A stretch of DNA of 64,000 nucleotides. It comes from Chloroflexota bacterium. GTDB taxonomy: Bacteria; Chloroflexota; Dehalococcoidia; GIF9; UBA5629. The DNA lies in NCBI GenBank assembly GCA_016875875.1, contig VGOP01000008.1:19834-83833 (forward strand), written 5' to 3'. The notes beneath the pieces are model-generated. The model worked only from the letters and a program-made list of their open reading frames with translations, did not search any database and was not told where the DNA came from. A program made the translations under genes and the position numbers. Of the stretch, positions 57,174 through 64,000 are shown in pieces (within the stretch, counting starts at the first letter, position 1; each line of letters begins with the position of its first letter).

Positions 57174-59513
57174 ATGAGTAGCTGGGGCATGGGCGATGGA
57201 ATTGGTGAATTTGGCCCCATAATAGCTAAAAAGTATGGAAGTATGGGGATTGTGTATATTGTCCCAGATTGGGACTGGAAACGCATCTTTGCTGTTAAAA
57301 CCTATAGGGACATACTTGGTGAGCGAGGCACAAGTAAATTCCTAGAAGAGGCATTGTGTTGGGTCAATCTGGAAAAACACACCAATATTGTCTTCGCCAA
57401 CTTCGTCGAGACTGTAGAAGAAAAACTATGCATTTTCCTAGAATACATCGAGAATCTCAAACACCTGTCTTATTATATCGGCAAGCTGGATATCTCTCAG
57501 GCCTTGGACTATGCAATTCAATTCTGCACCGGCATGGTATATGCCTATAACAAGCGACGGATAGTTCACCGGGATATAAAGCCTGACAACATATTTGTTA
57601 CACCCGATGGAGTACTCAAGATTTCCGATTTCGGTTTGGCCAAAGCAATTGAGAGACTAGAAAAAGGACAAAATCGCGGAAGTTATACGACGACAGGGTA
57701 TAGTGTGGGAGCACTGCCCTATAAAGCCCCAGAACAGTATTCTGCATTGGTACGCAAGCGATACCAATTTCCTCATGGACAAATCACTACAAGGAGTGAT
57801 ATCTACTCCTTTGGAGTTACGTTCTACCAGCTCATGACAAAAAAGCTTCCACTAAAAGTCGAAGAGGTGTTCATCAAGAAGAAACCGATTAATCCGTGTA
57901 AATTGAATAAGGAAATCCCCGAGCAACTTGGTGCACTACTTATGAAATGCCTTGAATACAACCCTGCGGACAGATATGGTAGCTTCACGGAAGTGAGGCG
58001 AGCACTAATAGATGTATATAGTTCGCTCCCTGAGGAGCAAAAGGCTTTTGGTGCTACATATTCTGTCAGAGGGAGAAAGTTACCCTTGACCGCTGTTGAT
58101 TGGGTCAGTAAAGGTTTTTCCTTGACGCGCCTTGGCAGACATAATGACGCCATAAATTGTTTCAGGAAGGCTCAAAAGCGAAACCCAAAACTAGTAGAAG
58201 CTTGGCTAAACGAAGGTGCTTGTCTGATGGAACTAGGAAAGCACGAAGAGGCAATAGCCCTATTTGACAAGGCCTTGGGATTGTACCAATTCTCAACTCA
58301 AGCTTGGGCCTTGAAGGTACAGGCTTTAGCATCCCTGGGAAGAGTCAAGGAAGCTATCTGCTGTTTCAGTGAAGCCCTCCGGAAAATCGCGTTGTATTCT
58401 CCAGAACCGCTCGATACTGTAGAGTATTTCATGCGGCAGGGGAACTATGAACAAGCTCTTAGTTATTGTAACAAGGCCTTAGGGGCAGACCCGGCGGATC
58501 GGGCGACTTTGGTCAAAAGGGCTGCTTGTCTAAAAGCCATGGGCAAGAATGACGAGGCGATCGAGAGCCTTGATGTGGCAATGAAGATGAATTCAGACAA
58601 TCGTGAATATGAGTATTTTCGTGCGTTGGCTTGGAACGCCTCGGCTCTATTAGATTTGGGAAGAGACGAAGAAATCTTTAGATGGGTGAAAGAGGAGTTG
58701 GAAATGGAGACAGAACGAAGGATGCTTTTGCCATTGAGATGGGAGAAGGAAGAAGTGCCATCACGGTCTGCGTTGCTGGATAATATAGCATTTTGTGACA
58801 AGGTATTGAAAATTAACCGCGCAAGCTATACTGATGCTCTGTGGCATAAGGCAATGAGTTTAATATCACTGCGGCGATATCAGCAAGCTGTCTACTGCCT
58901 TGACGAGGCTCTAAAGATAGGGCAGGAGAATCACTGGATGTGGACAGACAATGGTTTGGCCCTGGAAATGCTAGGCAGATATGAAGATGCAATCCACTGC
59001 TTTGAGCAGGCTCTCAGGACAGATCCAGGTCAGTATGTGGCCTCAACTGGCAAGGCACGTCTTCTAGCCAAGTTGGCAAGACGTGAGGAGATGATAGAGT
59101 TTCTGCTTGAATTGAGGAGATCAGCCCCAAAAGTGTTGGATGAGTGGGTTGAGCAAGGTGAGATTCTTTTAATTTGGAAGGGAGAACACGAGAAAGCAAT
59201 CGAGTTATTTGATATGGCTCTTACTGCTGATGGCAGGATGGCCCGTGCCTGGGGTGGTAAAGGTTCTGCCTTGATGTTATTGCAGAGATATGTAGATGCA
59301 ATCCACTGCTTTGACAAACTTCTCGAAATCAACCCGAGGTCTAGTGATGGCTGGTACCGCAAGGGTGTTTGCCTTACATATTTGGATAGCCATGATGAAG
59401 CAAAAGACTGCTTTTTGAACTTTATCAAGCTTGCACCGCCTGAAAAGGCGGACTTAATCAAAACCGCGAAAGATTACCTTAGCCAACTTGGGCAAAAAGA
59501 TGGGGGAAGGTAA
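57174..59513 (+). CDS. Hanks-type Ser/Thr protein kinase with TPR repeats
   Basis: G.MGIVY, AVK, HRDIKPDN, DFG, APE, DIYSFG motifs, then many TPRs. Confidence 0.92.
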   Translation: MSSWGMGDGIGEFGPIIAKKYGSMGIVYIVPDWDWKRIFAVKTYRDILGERGTSKFLEEALCWVNLEKHTNIVFANFVETVEEKLCIFLEYIENLKHLSYYIGKLDISQALDYAIQFCTGMVYAYNKRRIVHRDIKPDNIFVTPDGVLKISDFGLAKAIERLEKGQNRGSYTTTGYSVGALPYKAPEQYSALVRKRYQFPHGQITTRSDIYSFGVTFYQLMTKKLPLKVEEVFIKKKPINPCKLNKEIPEQLGALLMKCLEYNPADRYGSFTEVRRALIDVYSSLPEEQKAFGATYSVRGRKLPLTAVDWVSKGFSLTRLGRHNDAINCFRKAQKRNPKLVEAWLNEGACLMELGKHEEAIALFDKALGLYQFSTQAWALKVQALASLGRVKEAICCFSEALRKIALYSPEPLDTVEYFMRQGNYEQALSYCNKALGADPADRATLVKRAACLKAMGKNDEAIESLDVAMKMNSDNREYEYFRALAWNASALLDLGRDEEIFRWVKEELEMETERRMLLPLRWEKEEVPSRSALLDNIAFCDKVLKINRASYTDALWHKAMSLISLRRYQQAVYCLDEALKIGQENHWMWTDNGLALEMLGRYEDAIHCFEQALRTDPGQYVASTGKARLLAKLARREEMIEFLLELRRSAPKVLDEWVEQGEILLIWKGEHEKAIELFDMALTADGRMARAWGGKGSALMLLQRYVDAIHCFDKLLEINPRSSDGWYRKGVCLTYLDSHDEAKDCFLNFIKLAPPEKADLIKTAKDYLSQLGQKDGGR

Positions 59514-59799
59514 TCCGACAACCTTAGAACCAGGTTACTCAACTTAGTATCCACAAATTGTCCAGAATGTTTTTCGTTACAAAATTGCCTGGAGGTTTAC
59601 AGCGAAACAAGGAGCTGTTGCAAGGCCGGAATAAGATGTTTCTTCTCAAACACGAGTTCGGGAACTGTCCAGACTGGCCCACCAAGTCTATTTTCACCCT
59701 TTGGGTGACCCGCTGACGCACCAAGTCAGGAGATCACACCAACTGTCTAATACGAGAACACTCTTACCCTGACTAAAGGCGCCCCTTTGTTCAAGCGGT

Positions 59800-59852
59800 T
59801 TGACATCTGGAACCTAAGTGCTGTAAAATGATTTGCAAATGATTTGCATTAG
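59800..59852 (+). promoter_or_regulatory. Promoter and Fur-family operator for fur-feoAB
   Basis: TTGACA-18-TAAAAT overlapped by two AATGATTTGCA repeats containing the palindrome TGCAAAT-G-ATTTGCA. Confidence 0.7.
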
Positions 59853-59913
59853 CATCAAGAGCTGCGAGAAGTTAAAAAAGGTTCAGGATTAACAACAAGA
59901 CTGGCGCTGGAAT

Positions 59914-60351
59914 ATGGCTAATCTAATCAAACAGAAGGCTGGGGCTAGCCAGGCACTAAGTAGTTCAAGCCGGCGGGTAACGGCTCAGCGTACTCTGCTA
60001 CTGGAACTGCTTCGCCAGAGCGGCGGACATGTCGATGCCGATGAATTGTATCGCCGGGCACGAAGGAAGAACTCTCGGATTAGCCTGTCCACAGTCTACC
60101 GAAACTTGCAGCTTTTTAAGAAGTTGGGGCTGATAGAAGAGCATCACTTCGACGAGGAGCATCATCATTATGAGGCGAAGTCAGGGGCAGAACATCAGCA
60201 TCTTTTGTGTATTAGTTGCGGCAAAGTCGTTGAATTTGCCTGTCCCGTGAGCCAGAAGTTTAGAGAGAATATCGGCAAAAAATATGACTTCGACATCGGT
60301 GATGTCGAAGTCCACATGACAGGCTTGTGCTCAAGCTGCCGCAGCAAGTAA
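59914..60351 (+). CDS. fur: Fur-family metal-sensing regulator
   Basis: T.QR, STVYRNL, H.H..CxxC and C-terminal CxxC. Confidence 0.88.
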   Translation: MANLIKQKAGASQALSSSSRRVTAQRTLLLELLRQSGGHVDADELYRRARRKNSRISLSTVYRNLQLFKKLGLIEEHHFDEEHHHYEAKSGAEHQHLLCISCGKVVEFACPVSQKFRENIGKKYDFDIGDVEVHMTGLCSSCRSK

Positions 60352-60387
60352 AGTGAAACAGTGCCAGATAGGAGTTAACGTACGTTC

Positions 60388-60639
60388 ATGTCTCAGAATA
60401 TACAACTGACTTTAGGTCAGATGGAAGCCGGGCAGACCGGTACGGTAATTCAAATTTTAGGTGGTCGAGGCTTGACCCGGCGCCTTGAGGCTCTGGGTAT
60501 CAGGCCAGGGAAAAAGGTGACTAAAATAAACTCCGCACTTTTCCGCGGGCCGGTCACTCTCAGGGCAGACTATACCCAGGTGGCCATTGGTTTCGGCATG
60601 GCCAATAAAATACTGGTTGAAATCGATACCTCCACTTAA
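60388..60639 (+). CDS. feoA: Ferrous iron transport protein A
   Basis: RRL.ALGI.PG..GP..A.G...A..I.V pattern. Confidence 0.9.
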   Translation: MSQNIQLTLGQMEAGQTGTVIQILGGRGLTRRLEALGIRPGKKVTKINSALFRGPVTLRADYTQVAIGFGMANKILVEIDTST

Positions 60640-60657
60640 AGCTCTTCTCAGGCAACA

Positions 60658-62364
60658 ATGAAGATCCTACTCATGGGCAACCCCAACGTGGGTAAGAGCG
60701 TTCTCTTTTCCAGACTTACCGGCACGCGCACTATCGCTTCAAATTATCCCGGCACCACTGTCGAGTTCATTAAAGGCGCTCTGAAACTTGGCCAGGAGCA
60801 GGCTGAGATTATTGATGTCCCCGGCACTTACACTCTCGAACCCACCAGCAAAGCAGAAGAGGTAGCTGCCGAAATGCTGAAGGAAGGGGATTTAATAATC
60901 GATGTGGTTGACGCCACCAATTTAGAGAGAAATCTCAACCTCACCTTGCAATTACTGGAAAGACAGGTGCCGGTAATAGTTGCACTTAACATGTGGGATG
61001 ACGCTCATCACCGAGGGATAAATATAGATGTTGCCCGCCTAGAAGAGCTACTCGGCGTGCCGGTCGTCCCTACGGTAGGAGTAACCGGGCAAGGAATTAG
61101 AGAATTGGTCAGCCGTCTTCCCGAGGCAGCAACACCTCAGATGGTCTACTCTAGCAGCGATGAAAGGTGGGCAAAAATCGGCGATATCGTGAGCCAGGTA
61201 CAATCGTTGAGCCATCGCCACCACACCTGGCGTGAGGTTTTGGAGGATGCCAGCAGCCATCCGGTAGGTGGGGCTGCTATCGCCCTGCTGGTTCTCGTTG
61301 CTACCTTCTTGGTCATCCGCTTTATCGGCGAAGGCATCATCAATTATGTGACTGACCCATTCTTTAACTGGCTCTGGACACCGTTGCTGATGAAGCTGAG
61401 TCTCGCTTTTGGGTCAGGGGGTTTCTGGCACGATATCCTGGTAGGCAGGCTAATCAATGGGCAGATTGACTATCTTCAGTCCCTCGGTCTGTTCAGCACG
61501 GGGCTTTATATCGAGTTCGGAGTGGTGATACCGTACATCGTCTCTTTCTATCTCGTACTGGGCATACTGGAGGATGTCGGATACCTGCCACGCCTGGCAG
61601 TATTAATGGACACATTGATGCACCGATTAGGGTTACACGGTTACGCCATAATCCCTACTATACTCGGCTTCGGATGTAACGTACCAGCGGTTATGGCAAC
61701 CCGAATACTGGAGAGTCGGAGGGAGCGGTTCATTGCCGCTACCCTGATTTCCATCGGTGTACCCTGTGCGGCATTGCAGGCTATGATAATAGGATTGGTG
61801 GGGCAGCAAGGCATCCAGTATGTGGCTATTGTTTACGGCAGCCTGTTTGTATCTTGGATCATCATAGGGCTTATCCTCAATTATACTGTCAAAGGGTTCA
61901 GCCCGGAACTTATAATGGAGATTCCACCCTACCGTTTCCCACCGTGGCGAGTTATCGGAGAGAAACTCTGGCTAAGGGTCTATAGCTTTATAAAAGAAGC
62001 CCTGCCCATAGTGCTTGGAGCTGTACTGGTGGTAAACATCCTTTACATGATAGGAGTTTTCGACTTTATAGCTAACATCGCCGCTCCGGTCTTGACTGGG
62101 TTATTCGGGCTGCCCAAAGAGACAGTTGTTGCCCTAGCTATCGGCTTTTTGCGTAAGGATGTAGCCGTGGGCATGCTCGCTCCCCTGGGGCTAACCGCCA
62201 AGCAACTGGTCATAAGTACTACCGTTATGGCTATGTCCTTCCCCTGTGTGGCTACCTTTGTGGTGCTGGCTCGAGAGCTGGGAGCTAAGGACATGCTTAA
62301 AGCCACAGGTATAATGATTGCGGCAGCGCTAATAGTAGGCGGCCTGCTAAATCTGATTCTGTAA
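60658..62364 (+). CDS. feoB: Ferrous iron transport protein B
   Basis: GNPNVGKS, NYPGTT, DVPG, NMWD, GFGCNVP motifs. Confidence 0.95.
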   Translation: MKILLMGNPNVGKSVLFSRLTGTRTIASNYPGTTVEFIKGALKLGQEQAEIIDVPGTYTLEPTSKAEEVAAEMLKEGDLIIDVVDATNLERNLNLTLQLLERQVPVIVALNMWDDAHHRGINIDVARLEELLGVPVVPTVGVTGQGIRELVSRLPEAATPQMVYSSSDERWAKIGDIVSQVQSLSHRHHTWREVLEDASSHPVGGAAIALLVLVATFLVIRFIGEGIINYVTDPFFNWLWTPLLMKLSLAFGSGGFWHDILVGRLINGQIDYLQSLGLFSTGLYIEFGVVIPYIVSFYLVLGILEDVGYLPRLAVLMDTLMHRLGLHGYAIIPTILGFGCNVPAVMATRILESRRERFIAATLISIGVPCAALQAMIIGLVGQQGIQYVAIVYGSLFVSWIIIGLILNYTVKGFSPELIMEIPPYRFPPWRVIGEKLWLRVYSFIKEALPIVLGAVLVVNILYMIGVFDFIANIAAPVLTGLFGLPKETVVALAIGFLRKDVAVGMLAPLGLTAKQLVISTTVMAMSFPCVATFVVLARELGAKDMLKATGIMIAAALIVGGLLNLIL

Positions 62365-62508
62365 AGACAGAAACAGCCTTGTTTCATCCAAGATGGTGTT
62401 CTACTGCTCATAACTACTGCATTCTTGCCAGTCAGTCCATCAATAATGGCTTGACAAAGGGCTTATAATTTATAATATTAACCGTACCGACGAGGAAAGG
62501 AGGGGGTT

Positions 62509-63288
62509 ATGATTGCGGACTGGTTCAAGACTCGCAGATATTTCGGCACCACCAAGCAAAAACAGACTCATGCCTCTGTCTATGAATTCCCAATCAAAGG
62601 CGGAATAGTCAAACGAATATTAAGAAGGCCAACTTCCAAGATAACTTTTAAGATAGCCAGAGCATTAGTCGAAGGTGTACTTAGAGTTTTTGTCCGCTTA
62701 GAGATAAAAGATAAGGAAAACCTGCCGGCAAACGGACCTATCATCGCTGTCTTCAATCACCTCAACTTGATAGACCCGCCTCTACATATAATCAGCATTT
62801 TGCCTCGAGATAGCATCATTATGGCCAAGGAGGAGCTGTTTTACTACTGGCCCATGCCTATCTTCCGCATATTAATGGATGCCGCGGAAGCCTATCCTGT
62901 GCGCCGCCGTGGAACTCCTGAGGAAAGACAGCTGGCGACGAAATACGCAGAAGACGTATTGGCAAAAGGTCTTGTCTTCGGTATATATCCTGAAGGCACA
63001 CGGAGCAAGGCCGGCTGCCTAAAAGAAGCGTATCATGGTTGTGCACTCATAGCCTTGAGTACCAGCGCTCCCCTTATACCTGTTTCAATCCTCGGAACGG
63101 AGAAACTTAGGGGGATCGGCTGGCTGACTCGCCCAAAAGTAACCATCACTTTCGGCAAACCTTTCACGCTTCCAACTGTCCAAGGTAAGCCATCTGAAGC
63201 GCGGCTAAAAGAGCTTACCGAATACATAATGGGGAAGGTCGCTGCCATCCTGCCTCCAGAATACCGGGGTATTTATAAACCCTGCTGA
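62509..63288 (+). CDS. plsC: 1-acyl-sn-glycerol-3-phosphate acyltransferase
   Basis: NH....D and YPEGTRS motifs. Confidence 0.88.
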   Translation: MIADWFKTRRYFGTTKQKQTHASVYEFPIKGGIVKRILRRPTSKITFKIARALVEGVLRVFVRLEIKDKENLPANGPIIAVFNHLNLIDPPLHIISILPRDSIIMAKEELFYYWPMPIFRILMDAAEAYPVRRRGTPEERQLATKYAEDVLAKGLVFGIYPEGTRSKAGCLKEAYHGCALIALSTSAPLIPVSILGTEKLRGIGWLTRPKVTITFGKPFTLPTVQGKPSEARLKELTEYIMGKVAAILPPEYRGIYKPC

Positions 63289-63311
63289 GCTGTCTGCTGG
63301 AACCGCAATAT

Positions 63312-64000
63312 ATGGCCAAGGTAGAAGTCAAAAAAGCTCGCGAGTTCGGCTTATGCTTCGGTGTCAGGCGAGCTATTAAAATAATCGATAAGGCGGCCAA
63401 AGAGAACCAGGAAATAGCAACACTGGGACCGATAGTGCATAATCGGCTAGTGGTAGCTAATCTGGCTGATGCTGGAGTTAAGGTCATAAATGAGCTAGAC
63501 CAGGTTGAAGACAGGGTCATCGCTATTACCTCACACGGTGCCCCACCACAATTGCTGGCGCAGATTCAAGCTCGAAAGCTTAGTATAATCGACACTACCT
63601 GTCCCATAGTCCGCAGCGCCCAGAAAGCAGCTAAAAAACTGGCTCAGGCTGGCTTCCGTGTTATTATTTTCGGCGAAGCTACCCATCCTGAAGTTAAAGG
63701 GTTGCTGGGATGGGCAGGTAATGATGCTGTTGCCACTCTGAATGGAGAGGAGGTAGCTCAACTGAAACTGCCTCGTCGGCTGGGCATCATTTCGCAGACC
63801 ACACAGAGCCACGCCAAGTTTGTCGAGTTTATTAATGAGGTCATCAGGGCCGTTTTCCCTGATGTCCAAGAATTGCGCATCATAAATACTCTTTGTCAGG
63901 AAACACGAAAACGGCAAGAAGCTGCTATAGAATTAGCTGAAAAAAGTGACCTGATGATAGTTGTTGGCGGACACAATAGTGCCAACACACAGCGTCTAGC
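63312..64000 (+). CDS. ispH: 4-hydroxy-3-methylbut-2-enyl diphosphate reductase (runs off the window end; absent from the ORF track)
   Basis: Manual translation gives GLCFGVRRA, GPIVHN, SHG, DTTCP, HPEV, SQTT, NTLC, VGG.NSANT. Confidence 0.93.
   Translation, partial: MAKVEVKKAREFGLCFGVRRAIKIIDKAAKENQEIATLGPIVHNRLVVANLADAGVKVINELDQVEDRVIAITSHGAPPQLLAQIQARKLSIIDTTCPIVRSAQKAAKKLAQAGFRVIIFGEATHPEVKGLLGWAGNDAVATLNGEEVAQLKLPRRLGIISQTTQSHAKFVEFINEVIRAVFPDVQELRIINTLCQETRKRQEAAIELAEKSDLMIVVGGHNSANTQRL

Larger units (their letters stand above)
53311..59684. mobile_element. Putative tRNA-anchored genomic island remnant without integrase
   Basis: Flanking direct repeats GTCCAcAaTGGCCCACCA (53311-53328) and GTCCAgAcTGGCCCACCA (59667-59684); accessory gene content. 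Confidence 0.6.

Noticed and set aside
63215..63917. Minus-strand ORFs at the window end
   Set aside because: They are antisense to ispH, which the ORF track missed because it has no stop in the window.

Overview
Bacterial chromosome segment that looks like Chloroflexota/Dehalococcoidia; this is inferred from gene content and protein style, not tested. It is mostly housekeeping and anaerobic metabolism: ilvE, dinB, pyrF, folC, tilS, pabBAC, sucCD, tRNA-Ser, serS, lysS, greA, speDE, tldD/pmbA, fur-feoAB, plsC and ispH. It also carries a LarA-type racemase with LUD/LutB genes and a divergent B12-dependent acyl-CoA mutase. Two accessory regions stand out. (1) About 19.2-24.0 kb: an MNT-HEPN toxin-antitoxin pair and a truncated PLD/helicase gene, bracketed by a duplication of the lutB 3' end, followed by a nuclease-methyltransferase restriction gene. 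(2) About 53.3-59.7 kb: an island between a decayed tRNA and a copy of its 3' end. It holds an FHA-winged-helix regulator and a Ser/Thr kinase-TPR gene, divergent from an operon of tiny ORFs and a frameshifted AAA+ ATPase. Other oddities are paralogous zinc-ribbon/FN3/thioredoxin membrane proteins, a secreted protein with 20 cysteines, a candidate structured ncRNA, an apparent ATT-start gene, and REP-like palindromes. No CRISPR array, rRNA, integrase or transposase was seen.
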